The translations under genes were made by a program, and so were the position numbers. Below the pieces are notes generated by a model, which ran no database searches, was not told the DNA's origin, and worked only from the letters and a program-made list of their open reading frames with translations. A stretch of 55,974 nucleotides of DNA, filler included, from Candidatus Tectimicrobiota bacterium (GTDB lineage Bacteria; JACPUC01), in the NCBI GenBank assembly GCA_016192455.1. It is 3 parts of 3 records of this genome, joined end to end, with 100 filler letters (N's around TTAATTAATTAA, not from the genome) between each part and the next. Parts side by side here need not be neighbours in the genome. Positions count along the whole stretch, not along the records: positions 1 to 26,799 come from JACPUC010000005.1; 2 more parts are not named here. The stretch is one strand, 5' to 3'. Positions 1-11,378 of this stretch are shown piece by piece; within the stretch, counting starts at the first letter, position 1; each line of letters begins with the position of its first letter.

Positions 1-74
1 ACATCGTTGCGGCGCTGTTCGCTGCATTGGCAAGGGGCTTGTGAGGAACCCATGCTCCCCCACACGCCCATCCC

Positions 75-102
75 GTAGGGGCGGTTCGCGAACCGCCCCT
101 CC
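75..102. repeat. GTAG-type REP-like palindrome (copy 1)
   Basis: GTAGGGGCGGTTCGCGAACCGCCCCTCC; near-identical to the copies at 16521, 22465 and 23677. Confidence 0.85.
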
Positions 103-150
103 AAGCCGGGGCGCGCGAGGAGACACGGTTCCTTCCTAGACTGAGGTTGC

Positions 151-174
151 GGGCGGGGCAAGCCCCGCCCCTAC
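151..174 (-). repeat. GTAG-type REP-like variant
   Basis: Minus strand reads GTAGGGGCGGGGCTTGCCCCGCCC; it faces the copy at 75-102. Confidence 0.7.
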
Positions 175-651
175 GATCAGCCCCCGCGGGCGCAGTTGGG
201 GAGAAGGTCCCCACTCAGAATTAGGTGATGGAACGTAGGGGACACGATACTAGCCGCGGGCGCGGCCGAGGAGGGAACGTCGGCGCGGCGTCGCTTCCCT
301 GCTTGCAATGGCGGCAGGGGCGGTCGATATTGTGGAGAGAACCGGCCGCCGGACCTTGCCGCGGCGCAGGTCGGCGGCGGGGGGCGGGTGTGTGCGGCGC
401 CGGCGGCGCGACCCGACCTCGCGGCTCGAACGGCTGGCAACGGGCCGGCCGCCGGGATCGATCGGCAAGGCAGGCTCACGGCAGCCGCGGGCGGGGTGCG
501 TGGGCAGGCCGCCGCGTCAGTGCAACGGGGCAAATCAGAACCGGCGCGTGAGCCTCCTGAAAGTTCCCCGCGCCGAGGCGCGGGGGTTGAAGCGCGGCGG
601 AGGACGGAGGGCCGGTGGCGTTAACTCCCAACAGGAGGTGAGGTGCTGTCC

Positions 652-1494
652 ATGGTTCGAACGATCCACGTGGATGAAGTAGTTCCGGCGGTTGCGGAAC
701 TCTGCATATCTGCGAACTACGACCTGAACGAGGATACAATCCAGTCCCTGAAGCAGGGGATGGAGCACGAAGAGTCCTCCACCGGGGTCGCCGTCCTGCG
801 CCAGATTCTCGATAACGCGGCGATCGCCACCGAGGAGCGCCTGCCGATGTGCCAGGATACCGGCACGGCGGTCTTTTTCGTGGAAGTGGGGCAGGATGTC
901 CACCTCGAGGGCGGGTCGCTTTACGACGCCATCAACGAAGGCGTGCGCCAGGGCTATAAGGAGGGCTACCTGCGCAAGTCGATCTGCGATCCCTTCACGC
1001 GCAAGAACACGGGCGACAATACCCCTGCTATTGTGCACTACGATGTCGTTCCCGGCGACCGCCTGAAGATCACCATGGCCGCCAAGGGGGGCGGCTCTGA
1101 GAACATGAGCTCCGTCGTCATGTTGAAGCCGTCCGACGGCCGCCAGGGGCTCATCAACTACATCGTCAAGCGGGCCGCGGAGATGGGGCCGAACCCCTGC
1201 CCCCCTATCGTCATCGGCATCGGCATCGGCGGCAACTTCGAGAAGGCAGCGCTGCTCGCCAAGAAGGCGATCCTACGCCCCCTCGGTGAGAAGAACCCCG
1301 ATCCGGAGCTGGCGGCCCTTGAGGAGGAGATCCTCAAGAAGACGAACGCTCTCGGCATCGGCCCGCAGGGGATGGGCGGGCGCACCTTCGCCCTGGGAGT
1401 CCACATCCTCAAGCACCCGTGTCATATCGCCAGTATGCCGCTGGGCGTCAACATCCAATGCCATGCCAACCGCCACAAGGACGTGGTGCTGTAG
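652..1494 (+). CDS. Fe-S fumarate hydratase class I, alpha subunit (TtdA/FumA N-terminal family)
   Basis: PMCQDTG, KGGGSEN, PCPP and CHANRH motifs; ATG at 652 follows AGGAGGTGAGG. Confidence 0.93.
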   Translation: MVRTIHVDEVVPAVAELCISANYDLNEDTIQSLKQGMEHEESSTGVAVLRQILDNAAIATEERLPMCQDTGTAVFFVEVGQDVHLEGGSLYDAINEGVRQGYKEGYLRKSICDPFTRKNTGDNTPAIVHYDVVPGDRLKITMAAKGGGSENMSSVVMLKPSDGRQGLINYIVKRAAEMGPNPCPPIVIGIGIGGNFEKAALLAKKAILRPLGEKNPDPELAALEEEILKKTNALGIGPQGMGGRTFALGVHILKHPCHIASMPLGVNIQCHANRHKDVVL

Positions 1495-1503
1495 GGGAGG
1501 AGT

Positions 1504-2076
1504 ATGAGCGAGCCAATTCGCCTCACGACACCGCTGAGCCGCAAGGATGTGGAAGCCCTGAAGATCGGCGACCAGGTGCTGTTGAACGGCGTGATCCTCA
1601 CCGGGCGCGATGCCGCCCATAAGCGTATGGTCGAGATGCTCGACCGCGGCGAGAAGCTGCCGGTCTCCGTGGACGGCCAGGTGATCTACTACGTCGGTCC
1701 CACCCCCGCCAAGCCCGGCGCGGTGATCGGCTCCGCCGGGCCGACCACCTCGAACCGCATGGATGCCTATGCGCACCGTCTCATGGAGCTGGGGCTGCGC
1801 GGCATGATCGGCAAGGGCTCGCGCGGGCGCAACGTCATCGAGGCCATGCAGAAGCACGGCTGCGTCTACTTCGCCGCCATCGGCGGCGCCGGCGCCCTGC
1901 TGGCGCGCTCCATCAAGGAGTCCAGTGTCCTGGCCTGGCCCGACCTGGGAACCGAGGCGATTCACCGCCTCGTGGTGCAGGATTTCCCCGTCGTCGTCAT
2001 CAACGACGTGCGCGGCAACGACCTCTACCAGGAGGGACGCAAGGAGTTCGACCTGACCGCCAAGACGATCGTCTGA
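1504..2076 (+). CDS. Fe-S fumarate hydratase class I, beta subunit
   Basis: TGRDAAH, GPTTSNRM and MIGKG motifs; directly follows the alpha subunit with a GGGAGGAG RBS. Confidence 0.93.
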   Translation: MSEPIRLTTPLSRKDVEALKIGDQVLLNGVILTGRDAAHKRMVEMLDRGEKLPVSVDGQVIYYVGPTPAKPGAVIGSAGPTTSNRMDAYAHRLMELGLRGMIGKGSRGRNVIEAMQKHGCVYFAAIGGAGALLARSIKESSVLAWPDLGTEAIHRLVVQDFPVVVINDVRGNDLYQEGRKEFDLTAKTIV

Positions 2077-2094
2077 TCGAGGCCGTTCCGGCGC

Positions 2095-2128
2095 CCAGGT
2101 AGCTCCCGAGACCAGGTAGCTCCTGAGC
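2095..2128. repeat. Two-unit 17-bp tandem repeat
   Basis: CCAGGTAGCTCCCGAGA / CCAGGTAGCTCCTGAGC just after the beta-subunit stop. Confidence 0.6.
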
Positions 2129-3111
2129 CATGATCCGAGTCGGAGTGAGGCGCCATGCCCGTCAGGGCTGTGATAACTGCCTCGCGCCCGGCGTTTACCC
2201 CAGGGGCATCTCCCCCGGGGATGCCCATTCCCTGCTGGCGCGGCCGGCGGTTGGACGGCTGTCCTTTCCAACCGCAGGAGCCGCGCCATAATTTTTGAAG
2301 TCGAAGGCTGGCGCGCATCCACCCGAGGCCCACGCCACTCTCCAACCCCTTCTCGAATCTGCCCCACGAACCATCACGCAGCCGCACCCTCACCTCTCCT
2401 CCACAGGACGTAGCCCTTTGGCTCTTCCCCTCCCGTCAGCTCGTTTCGACCGCCAAAAGGCCTGGACAGCCTCGACAGATGCACTATCCTAAGAGCGACA
2501 GGCGCTCGTCCATTGCCACTTCCATTGATACGTTTCAGAGGTCCTGGAGCGCGGTTGTTCGCCGACAAGCTGTGGGCACGTGTGGTATCGGCTCCCTCTG
2601 CCGCGGTGGCGCTGCAGCGGCAAGGGCGGGACCCGCTCTGCTCATCTTTCTCCATGATTTCCTTGACCAAGTTGTTGGCGGAATGAGGGAGGAGGCTCCA
2701 TATTAGATGCGTTTTTGGCGCGACCCGGGGCGGAGCGACCTCCTCTGCGGCGCCGGCAGCTCGAATGGGTAGGGGTGTGCCCGCGGCAGGCTTGGCGGGG
2801 GCAGGTGCGCCCGTGCCCCGCATGTGGTATCTTTGCCAAGGGGAGGTTCTGCTCCCATGAGGCGCCGGCGGCGAGGCTGTGCCTCACCGTGGCGCGCGCA
2901 GGGCCGTGCCGCCCTGCACCCCCGGTGGCGTGGGCAGGGAGGCGGGCCGGAGGGGGTAGGATGCCAGCGGAAGGACATGTGTGGGCGAGGGGAGCGCTTC
3001 GCAGGGGCGGCCTGGGCTCCCGGCGTTGGTGTTAAATGGACAACGTTCCAGGTGAAGGACCGTGGGGGGTGGCGTGCAGCCCGTCAGAGCTCAACGCAAG
3101 GGGAACGAAGT

Positions 3112-4821
3112 ATGAGAGTGCATGACGTGGTGGTCGTGGGGTCTGGCTTGGCCGGCATGGAGGCGGCGTTGCGCGCCAGCCAGGACGGCGAGCTGGATGT
3201 GGCGATCGTCTCGAAGGTGTTCCCGACCCGCTCCCACTCCGGCGCGGCCCAGGGGGGCATTGCCTGCGCCATCGGCAACCAGGACCCCGAGGACAACTGG
3301 GAAGTCCACATGTTCGACACGGTGAAGGGCGGCGACTACTTGGTGGACCAGGATGCCGCCGAGCTCATGTGCAAGAAGGCGCCCGAGATCATCTACGAGC
3401 TCGAGCACATGGGGCTGGTCTTCAATCGCCTCCCCGACGGCCGCATGGCGCAGCGCTCCTTCGGCGGCCACAGCAAACCCCGCGCCTGTTTCGCCGCCGA
3501 CTGGACCGGCCACGCCATCCTGCACACCCTCTTCGAGATCGTGCTGAAGCGGAAGGTGAAGGTCTACAGCGAGTGGTACGTCACCTCCCTCATCGTGCGC
3601 GACCACACCTGTCACGGCGTGGTGGCCTACGACATCATGCGCGGCGCCCTCGAGGTCTTCAAGGCGCGCGCCGTCATCTTCTGCACCGGCGGCTACGGGC
3701 GCGCTTACAAGATCACCTCGAACGCCCACGCCAACACCGGCGACGGCCTCAGCATCGCCTATCGCGCCGGCATCCCCCTGGAAGACATGGAGTTCGTGCA
3801 GTTCCATCCCACCGGGCTGTACGGCTCCGGCATCCTCCTGACCGAAGGCGCCAGGGGCGAGGGGGCCTACCTCTTGAACAACGACGGCGAGCGCTTCATG
3901 AAGAAGTACGCTCCCGAGCGCATGGAGCTGGGGCCGCGTGACATCGTGGCGCGCGCCGAGCAGCAGGAGATCGACGAGGGGCGCGGCATCAACGGCAAGA
4001 CGTGCGTCAACGTCGACATCCGCCACCTCGGCAAAGAGCGCATCATGGAGCGCCTGCCGCAGGTCCGCGACCTGGCGTGGGATTTCCTCGGCCTGGATTG
4101 CTTCAGCGAGTGCATCCCCATCCAGCCCACCGCCCACTACTCCATGGGGGGCATCCCGGTCAACCTCGACTGCGAGTGCGTCATCGACGACAAGGGGACG
4201 AAGATCGACGGCTTCTACGCCGCCGGCGAGTGCTCCTGCGTGTCGGTGCACGGAGCGAACCGGCTGGGGACGAACTCGCTCCTCGAAGCCTGCGCCATGG
4301 GGGCCATCGCCGGCACGAGCGCCGCGAAGTACGCCAAGAGCGCTCCCGACCTGAGCCTCCCCGATGATGCCGACGTCGAGGCGAAGCGCGAGATCGACTG
4401 GCTGCTCAACGCCCGCGGCAGTGTAAAGATCGCCGATCTGGGCGATGAGCTGCAGCGGACCATGATGGACGACTGCGGCGTCTTCCGCACCGAGGCGCAG
4501 CTCAAACGCCAGTACGACGTCGTCAAGAACTTGCAGCAGCGTTTCCAGAGCATCGGCCTCAGCGATCGCAGCAAGACCTTCAACACGGAGCTCCTCGGGG
4601 CCCTCGAGCTGAGCCACCTGCTCGACTTCGCAGAGGTCATCGTGCTGGGAGCGCTGAACCGCACCGAGAGCCGCGGCGGTCATTCCCGCAAGGACCACCC
4701 GAAACGCGACGACGCCAACTGGTTGAAGCACACCCTTGCCTATAAAGATGTGGACGGACCGCGGTTTGCCTACAAGCCGGTGACGATTACGCGCTTCCAG
4801 CCCCAGGAGAGGAAGTACTAG
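3112..4821 (+). CDS. sdhA: Succinate dehydrogenase/fumarate reductase flavoprotein subunit
   Basis: GSGLAG dinucleotide fold, [10 protein letters not shown] covalent-FAD His, QFHPTG, HYSMGG, HGANRLG, C-terminal ERKY. The ORF-track extension upstream of ATG 3112 is not homologous. Confidence 0.96.
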   Translation: MRVHDVVVVGSGLAGMEAALRASQDGELDVAIVSKVFPTRSHSGAAQGGIACAIGNQDPEDNWEVHMFDTVKGGDYLVDQDAAELMCKKAPEIIYELEHMGLVFNRLPDGRMAQRSFGGHSKPRACFAADWTGHAILHTLFEIVLKRKVKVYSEWYVTSLIVRDHTCHGVVAYDIMRGALEVFKARAVIFCTGGYGRAYKITSNAHANTGDGLSIAYRAGIPLEDMEFVQFHPTGLYGSGILLTEGARGEGAYLLNNDGERFMKKYAPERMELGPRDIVARAEQQEIDEGRGINGKTCVNVDIRHLGKERIMERLPQVRDLAWDFLGLDCFSECIPIQPTAHYSMGGIPVNLDCECVIDDKGTKIDGFYAAGECSCVSVHGANRLGTNSLLEACAMGAIAGTSAAKYAKSAPDLSLPDDADVEAKREIDWLLNARGSVKIADLGDELQRTMMDDCGVFRTEAQLKRQYDVVKNLQQRFQSIGLSDRSKTFNTELLGALELSHLLDFAEVIVLGALNRTESRGGHSRKDHPKRDDANWLKHTLAYKDVDGPRFAYKPVTITRFQPQERKY

Positions 4822-4822
4822 G

Positions 4823-5779
4823 ATGGCCGAGCACACCACCTTCAAGGTCTTCAGGTACAACCCGGAAACCGACAGCAAGCCCTACTTCCAGAGCTACCAG
4901 GTGCCGCTCCAAGGGGGGAAGACCGTGCTGGACGGTCTGAACGAGATCAAGGGGCAGCAGGACGGCACCCTGACCTACCGGATGTCCTGCCGGAGCGCCA
5001 TCTGCGGCTCCTGCGGCATGGTGGTGAACGGCCACAGCAAGCTCGTCTGCCGCTTGCAGATCGCGGAAGTCTTGAAGAACTTCGACGAGGTTGTCATCGA
5101 GCCGATGCGCAACTTCGAGGTTATCCGCGACCTCGTGGTCAACATGGACCGCTTCTGGGACAAGATGGACAAGGTGACGCCCTGGCTCGTGGCGGACGAG
5201 GAGAACGTCCCCGCCACCGAGCGTTTGCAGTCCCCGGCGGACTTCAACGTCATCCGCGACGCTTCCTCCTGCATCATGTGCGGCGTCTGCCTCTCCGACT
5301 GCACCTCGCTCGAGGTCGACAGCAACTTCCTGGGACCCGCGGCGCTCGCCAAGGCCTTTCGCATGGCGGCGGACAGCCGCAGCGTCGACCGCGAGGAACG
5401 CCTCCTCGAGCTGAGCAAGGAGGGCGGCGTGTGGGATTGCGCCCGCTGCTACGAGTGCGTGCAGGTCTGTCCGAAGTACGTCGCGCCGATGGAAACCATC
5501 ATGAAGCTGCGCGAGATGACGCTGAAGGCGGACCTCGTCGACAACCGCGGCACGCGGCACGTGGAGCACTTCACCGAGTTGGTGCTGGATTCCGGCATCC
5601 TGGATGAGCGCCGCCTGCCCATGAAGACGGTGGGGCTCACCGACCTGAAGGGCATGCTGCACATGGCCCCCACCGGCCTGCGGATGATGCTGAAGGGGAA
5701 GATGCCGTTGATCCATCCGCATATCAAGGACGTTGACGAGCTGCAGCGGATCGCGCACAAGGTGGAGGAATCGAAGTGA
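4823..5779 (+). CDS. sdhB: Succinate dehydrogenase/fumarate reductase iron-sulfur subunit with C-terminal extension
   Basis: CRSAICGSC...C ([2Fe-2S]), CIMCGVCLSDC and CARCYECVQVCP. Confidence 0.95.
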   Translation: MAEHTTFKVFRYNPETDSKPYFQSYQVPLQGGKTVLDGLNEIKGQQDGTLTYRMSCRSAICGSCGMVVNGHSKLVCRLQIAEVLKNFDEVVIEPMRNFEVIRDLVVNMDRFWDKMDKVTPWLVADEENVPATERLQSPADFNVIRDASSCIMCGVCLSDCTSLEVDSNFLGPAALAKAFRMAADSRSVDREERLLELSKEGGVWDCARCYECVQVCPKYVAPMETIMKLREMTLKADLVDNRGTRHVEHFTELVLDSGILDERRLPMKTVGLTDLKGMLHMAPTGLRMMLKGKMPLIHPHIKDVDELQRIAHKVEESK

Positions 5780-6660
5780 AGTACGCCTTCTTTCCGGGAT
5801 GCGTGGCGAAGCAAACCTGTCCCGAGCTCTACCATTCAACAAAGAAGGTCGCCCAGGCGCTCAACATCGACCTCGTCGAGCTGGAGAATGCCGCCTGCTC
5901 CGGCGCCGGCGTGGTGAGCCAGCAGAACGAAGCCTTGAGCGACGCTCTCAACGCCCGCACCTTTGCGATGGCCGAGAAGCAGGCGCTGCCGATCATGACC
6001 ATCTGCAGCACCTGCCAGGGCGCCTTCTGCCGCGCCAACAAGCGCCTGCGGCAGGAACCTTACCGCGACAAGATCAATGGCTACCTCTCCGGCAACGGCA
6101 AGAACGAGGGGGGCTACAAGGGCACCACGAAGATCAAGCACTTCCTCTGGGCGCTCGTCGAGGACCTGGGGATCGAGGAGCTGAAGAAGCGAGTGAAGCG
6201 GCCGCTGCGCAACCTGAAGGTCGCCTCCTTCTACGGCTGTCACCTCCTGCGCCCCTCGGACGCTCTCGGCTTCGACAATCCCGACAACCCCACCTCCCTG
6301 GAAAAGGTCATCGACGCCCTTGGCGCCGAGCCGGTGGACTACGACGGCCGCACCCGCTGCTGTGGCTTCCCGATTCTCCTGGAGAACGAGAACGCCTCCA
6401 TGGCCATGGTCAGCAAGCACACCCTCGAGGCCAAGGAGAAGGGGAGCGACTGCATGGTCACGCCCTGCCCGCTCTGCCACCTCAACCTCGACGTGCAGCA
6501 GCCGAACGCCGAAAAGATAGCCAGGCAGAAGATCGGCCTGCCGGTCCTGCACCTGCCCCAACTTGTCGGCCTGGCCTTGGGCTTCAGCGAGCACGAGATG
6601 GGGCTCCACAAGCACATCGTGCCCACCGGCAGGGTGGTGGAAAAGGCCATCGGCAGCTAG
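5776..6660 (+). CDS. CCG-domain HdrB-like subunit (type E SQOR anchor)
   Basis: FPGC, CSG, TICSTC, YGCH, CCG and TPCPLC motifs; GTGA overlap with the sdhB stop. Confidence 0.9.
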   Translation: MKYAFFPGCVAKQTCPELYHSTKKVAQALNIDLVELENAACSGAGVVSQQNEALSDALNARTFAMAEKQALPIMTICSTCQGAFCRANKRLRQEPYRDKINGYLSGNGKNEGGYKGTTKIKHFLWALVEDLGIEELKKRVKRPLRNLKVASFYGCHLLRPSDALGFDNPDNPTSLEKVIDALGAEPVDYDGRTRCCGFPILLENENASMAMVSKHTLEAKEKGSDCMVTPCPLCHLNLDVQQPNAEKIARQKIGLPVLHLPQLVGLALGFSEHEMGLHKHIVPTGRVVEKAIGS

Positions 6661-6702
6661 CGCGCGGCTCTGCCGCCCGCCGATCATACGCGTGGGGTCC
6701 TC

Positions 6703-6736
6703 ATGGGAGGTCTGGGTTCGGCGCCAGACCTCCCAT
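6703..6736. other. Perfect 13-bp-stem hairpin between the HdrB-like gene and sucC
   Basis: ATGGGAGGTCTGG-GTTCGGCG-CCAGACCTCCCAT; no U-tract, so function is unclear. Confidence 0.55.
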
Positions 6737-6940
6737 CCATGGTAAACCCTTCTGTCGCGAACACCACTGGCTGATCCTGCGGCGTCCCCTTCGGGTGAGA
6801 CCCCGGCCTGCGGTCTCGGGAAAACCCGCGGCGGGAAGAGCGCGGCATCCCAGTGCCCGACCCGTTGCAATGACGAGGTAACGCGCGGCTCCCGCAAGCT
6901 GCGTTGAGGCATGATCCGAGCAGGCGCGCGAGGCGAAGTG

Positions 6941-8098
6941 ATGAAGATCCACGAGTACCAGGCGAAAGAGATTCTGTCGCGCTACGGCGTGCCGGTGCCG
7001 CGCGGAAAGGTGGCGGCCGGCGTCGACGAGGCCGAGGCCATCGCCCGGGAGCTGGGCGGCGCCTGCGTGGTGAAGGCGCAAATTCACGCCGGCGGCCGCG
7101 GCAAGGGGGGCGGCGTGAAGCTGGTGAAATCGCCCCAGGAGGCCCGCGGCGCCGCGCAGGCGATCCTCGGCATGCAGCTCGTGACGCCGCAGACCGGCCC
7201 CGCCGGGCAGAAGGTGAAGCGCGTTCTCGTCGAGCAGGGGATGGCCATCGCCCGCGAGCTCTACCTCGGCATGCTGGTCGATCGCGCCCGCAACGCGCTG
7301 GTGGTGATGGCGAGCGAGGCCGGCGGCATGGAGATCGAAGAGGTCGCCGCCGCCACGCCGGAGAAGATTCTCAAGGAGTACGTCGATCCGGCGGTCGGCC
7401 TGCGACCCTTTCAGACCATGCGCCTTGCCTACGGCCTGCACTTGCCGGCGGAGAGCGTCCGCAAGGCGAGCAGCTTCATGCTGCAGCTCTACCGGGCCTT
7501 CGTCGACATGGACCTGTCGCTGGCGGAGATCAATCCCCTGGTGCTGACCAAGGACGGCAACCTCTTGGCCCTCGACGCCAAGGTGAACTTCGACGACAAC
7601 GCCCTCTTCCGCCATCCGGAGACGAAGGAGCTGCGCGACCTCGATGAAGAGGACCCCAGGGAGATCGAGGCCTCGAAGTACGGTCTCAGCTACATCAAGC
7701 TCGACGGCACGGTCGGCTGCATGGTGAACGGGGCCGGCCTGGCCATGGCGACGATGGACATCATCAAGCACTTCGGAGCGGAGCCGGCGAATTTCCTCGA
7801 TGTCGGCGGCGGCGCCAGCAGCGAGACGGTCGCCAACGCCTTCCGCATCATCATCTCCGATGAGCGGGTGAAGGCGGTGCTCATCAACATCTTCGGCGGC
7901 ATCGTGCGCTGCGACCGGGTGGCGCAGGGGATCATCGAGGCCCTCCAGAAGGTGCAGGTGGAGGTGCCGGTGGTGGTGCGCCTCGAGGGGACGAACGCCA
8001 CGGAAGCCGCCAAGCTGCTCCAGGAATCGCCCCTCAACTTCCGGGTGGCGACGGGCCTCAGCGATGCGGCGCAGAAGGTGGTGGCGGCAAGCGCCTGA
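6941..8098 (+). CDS. sucC: Succinyl-CoA synthetase beta subunit
   Basis: [48 protein letters not shown]. Confidence 0.97.
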   Translation: MKIHEYQAKEILSRYGVPVPRGKVAAGVDEAEAIARELGGACVVKAQIHAGGRGKGGGVKLVKSPQEARGAAQAILGMQLVTPQTGPAGQKVKRVLVEQGMAIARELYLGMLVDRARNALVVMASEAGGMEIEEVAAATPEKILKEYVDPAVGLRPFQTMRLAYGLHLPAESVRKASSFMLQLYRAFVDMDLSLAEINPLVLTKDGNLLALDAKVNFDDNALFRHPETKELRDLDEEDPREIEASKYGLSYIKLDGTVGCMVNGAGLAMATMDIIKHFGAEPANFLDVGGGASSETVANAFRIIISDERVKAVLINIFGGIVRCDRVAQGIIEALQKVQVEVPVVVRLEGTNATEAAKLLQESPLNFRVATGLSDAAQKVVAASA

Positions 8099-8224
8099 GA
8101 CGGCGCGCGGCCACGAGGCCACGAGTCGACACGGGCTCTGCGACCACCATCGACGAGGCCGGCTGACGAAGCCGATGGCCCATGCCGCGCGCTGGGAGCA
8201 CGGGCTGCGAAGGACGAAACCCTC

Positions 8225-9100
8225 ATGAGTATCCTGGTTGACGCGACGACGAAGGTGGTGGTGCAGGGAATTACCGGCCGCGAGGGGAGCTTCCACGCTG
8301 GGCAGTGCAAGGAGTATGGCACGCGGATCGTCGCCGGCGTCTCTCCAGGCAAGAGAGGCACGCTGGAACAGGGCGTGCCCGTCTTCAACACGGTGCGCGA
8401 CGCCGTCACCGAGACCGGAGCGAACACCTCGCTCATCTTCGTGCCGCCGGCCTTCGCCGCTGACGCCATTATGGAGGCGGCCGACGCCGGGGTGGCCCTC
8501 ATCGTCTGCATCACCGAGGGCATCCCCACCATCGACATGGTGAAGGCCGCCGAGTACGTCAAGCGCCGCCGCGCGCGCCTTGTCGGCCCGAACTGCCCGG
8601 GCGTCATCACCCCCGGCGCGGCGAAGGTGGGCATCATGCCCGGCTTCATCCACCGCCCGGGTGACGTGGGGATCGTGTCGCGCAGCGGCACCCTCACCTA
8701 CGAGGCTGTCAAGCAGTTGAGCGAGCGCGGCATCGGCCAGTCCACCTGCGTCGGCATCGGCGGCGACCCCATCATCGGCTCGACCTTCCGCGACATCATC
8801 GCGCTCTTCCAGCAGGATGCCGCCACCGCCGCCATCGTCATGATCGGCGAGATCGGCGGCAGCGCCGAGGAGGAGGCGGCGGCCTTCGTGAAGGAGCACG
8901 TGACGAAGCCGGTCGTGAGCTTCATCGCCGGCCAGACCGCCCCGCCGGGACGCCGCATGGGGCATGCCGGCGCCATCATCTCCGGCGGCAAGGGGACCGC
9001 GGCCGAGAAGATGGCCGCCCTGAAGGCGGCCGGCATCCACGTCTGCCCCAGCCCGGCCGAGATCGGCCGGACCATGGCCACGGTGCTCGGACGCGCCTGA
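8225..9100 (+). CDS. sucD: Succinyl-CoA synthetase alpha subunit
   Basis: [20 protein letters not shown] and RMGHAGA (phospho-His). Confidence 0.97.
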   Translation: MSILVDATTKVVVQGITGREGSFHAGQCKEYGTRIVAGVSPGKRGTLEQGVPVFNTVRDAVTETGANTSLIFVPPAFAADAIMEAADAGVALIVCITEGIPTIDMVKAAEYVKRRRARLVGPNCPGVITPGAAKVGIMPGFIHRPGDVGIVSRSGTLTYEAVKQLSERGIGQSTCVGIGGDPIIGSTFRDIIALFQQDAATAAIVMIGEIGGSAEEEAAAFVKEHVTKPVVSFIAGQTAPPGRRMGHAGAIISGGKGTAAEKMAALKAAGIHVCPSPAEIGRTMATVLGRA

Positions 9101-9177
9101 ACCGCGCCCGTGAAGAACGCCGGCGCCGCGCCGCGGAACCGCTTGGCGTCCAACCTTCTTGCCTGCGAGTGACGACG

Positions 9178-9600
9178 ATGGAACGAACCTTGGCGATTAT
9201 CAAGCCGGACGCCGTGGCAGCCGGGGTTGTCGGCAAGATCCTCAGCCGCGTCGAGGCGGCAGGGTTCACTATCCGCGCCCTGAAGCTCGTGCACCTCAGC
9301 AAGCGGCAGGCCGAAGGGTTCTACCAAGTGCACCGCGAGCGGCCCTTCTTCCAGGACCTCACGACCTTCATGTCGTCCGGGCCCGCCGTCCCCCTCCTTC
9401 TCGAACGCGAGAACGCCATCGCCGCCTGGCGCGAGCTGATGGGAGCAACCAACCCCGCCCAGGCGGCCGAGGGCACCCTGCGCAAGGAGTTCGCCACCGA
9501 CATCGAGAAGAATGCCGTGCACGGCTCCGACTCCCCGGCCACCGCGGCGTATGAGATCGCCTTCTTCTTCTCGGCGCTGGACGTCTGCCCGCGTGATTGA
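9178..9600 (+). CDS. ndk: Nucleoside diphosphate kinase
   Basis: [17 protein letters not shown] and NAVHGSDS. Confidence 0.97.
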   Translation: MERTLAIIKPDAVAAGVVGKILSRVEAAGFTIRALKLVHLSKRQAEGFYQVHRERPFFQDLTTFMSSGPAVPLLLERENAIAAWRELMGATNPAQAAEGTLRKEFATDIEKNAVHGSDSPATAAYEIAFFFSALDVCPRD

Positions 9601-9823
9601 CGCTCTGACTGACCCGCGCGACTGACCTGGGGGTTGCGCTCATTCTCCAGCACCACTGCCGCCGCCTCCGTCCGCCGTCGGTCTCCGTGGACTCGTCTTG
9701 ACGCCTGCCCGCCCAAGTGGTAGTGGTACTAACGTCGCGGCAGTCAGCATGTCAGCGCACCGCAGCCTGGGCCGCACGCCGGCGAGCGGCGGCTCTGCGC
9801 CTCGGCGGGGGGTGGAAGGCTCC

Positions 9824-11341
9824 ATGTTCCGCAAGGTCCTGGTTGCAAATCGTGGCGAGATCGCCGTCCGCATCTTGCGGGCCCTGCGCGATCTCGGCAT
9901 CGCCTCGGCGACGATCTACTCCGAGGTGGACCGCAATGCCCTGCACGTGCGCTACGCGGATGAAGCCTACCTCGTGGGCCCCAGCCCCTCGACGCAGAGC
10001 TACCTCTGCCTCGAGCGCATTCTCGAAGTAGCCAAGAAGTGCGGCGCCGACGCCCTGCATCCCGGCTACGGCTTCCTGGCCGAGAATGCCGAGTTCGCGC
10101 GCCGGTGCGCGGAGGCCGGCATCACCTTCGTGGGGCCGCCGGCCGAGGCCATCGCCAGCATGGGGAGCAAGACCGAGGCGCGGGCGCTGGCCATGGAGGC
10201 GAAGGTGCCGGTGGTGCCTGGCACCGCCACCGCCCTCCGCAGCGAGACGGAGGCGGCGCGCCTCGCCGACGACATCGGTTTGCCGCTCGTCGTGAAGGCG
10301 GTGGCCGGCGGCGGCGGCAAGGGGATGCGCGTGGTCTCCCGCCGGGAGGACCTGCCGGGCGCCCTGCGGGCCGCGCGCTCCGAGGCAGCCTCGGCCTTCG
10401 GCGATGATACGATCTACCTCGAGCGCTACCTCGAGCGGCCCCGCCACATCGAGATCCAGGTCCTCGGCGACCAGCACGGCAACCTCATCCACCTGGGCGA
10501 GCGCGAGTGCTCGGTGCAGCGCCGGCACCAGAAGGTCATCGAGGAATCCCCCTCGGCGATCATCACCCCGGAACTGCGGAACGCCATGGGCGAGGCCGCC
10601 CTGCGTCTCTGCCGCAAGGTGGGGTACTTCAGCGCCGGCACCGTCGAGTTCCTTGTTGATGGCGAACGCAACTTCTACTTCCTCGAAATGAATACCCGGC
10701 TGCAAGTCGAGCACCCCGTCACCGAGGCGGTCACCGGCATCGACCTGGTCGAGGCGATGCTGCGCATCGCGGCGGGGGAGCCGCTGGGGCTGCGGCAGGA
10801 GGAGGTCCGCTGGCTAGGGCATGCCATCGAGTGCCGCATCTACGCCGAGGACCCTCGCAACGGCTTCCTCCCATCCCCCGGTCGCATTGAGGTGCTCCGC
10901 GCCCCGGGCGGGCCCGGCGTGCGCGACGACTCCGGCGTCTACGAGGGCTTCGAGGTGCCGATCTACTACGATCCGCTCATCTCCAAGCTCGTCACCTGGG
11001 GACCCGACCGGGCCACCGCCTGTCGACGCATGCAGCGCGCCCTGCGGGAGTACGTGGTGGTCGGCATCGCCACCACCATCCCCTTCCACCAGGAGATCAT
11101 GAATCACTCCGCCTTCCTTGCCGGCGAGATCGATACGAACTTCATCGAGCGCGAGTTCGAGCTGAAAGAGCCTGCGCCGGACCCCCAGACGGTGCGGGTC
11201 GCCATTCTTGCGGCGGCGATCGACGAGCACTACCATGAGCTGCGCCTGGGGGCGGCGGCGGCCAGGACGAACGGGCGCGGCGTCGCCCTCCCCGCCTGGC
11301 GCCTGGCGGGACGGCAAGCCCAGCTCCAGCACGGCTGGTAG
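9824..11341 (+). CDS. accC: Biotin carboxylase subunit of an acetyl/propionyl-CoA carboxylase
   Basis: KVLVANRGEIA, HPGYGFLAEN, GGGGKGMR, RECSVQRRHQK, EMNTRLQVEHPVTE. Confidence 0.93.
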   Translation: MFRKVLVANRGEIAVRILRALRDLGIASATIYSEVDRNALHVRYADEAYLVGPSPSTQSYLCLERILEVAKKCGADALHPGYGFLAENAEFARRCAEAGITFVGPPAEAIASMGSKTEARALAMEAKVPVVPGTATALRSETEAARLADDIGLPLVVKAVAGGGGKGMRVVSRREDLPGALRAARSEAASAFGDDTIYLERYLERPRHIEIQVLGDQHGNLIHLGERECSVQRRHQKVIEESPSAIITPELRNAMGEAALRLCRKVGYFSAGTVEFLVDGERNFYFLEMNTRLQVEHPVTEAVTGIDLVEAMLRIAAGEPLGLRQEEVRWLGHAIECRIYAEDPRNGFLPSPGRIEVLRAPGGPGVRDDSGVYEGFEVPIYYDPLISKLVTWGPDRATACRRMQRALREYVVVGIATTIPFHQEIMNHSAFLAGEIDTNFIEREFELKEPAPDPQTVRVAILAAAIDEHYHELRLGAAAARTNGRGVALPAWRLAGRQAQLQHGW

Positions 11342-11378
11342 CGCAGCGCCTGACCATGCCCGCGAGCTCCGGAACCCC

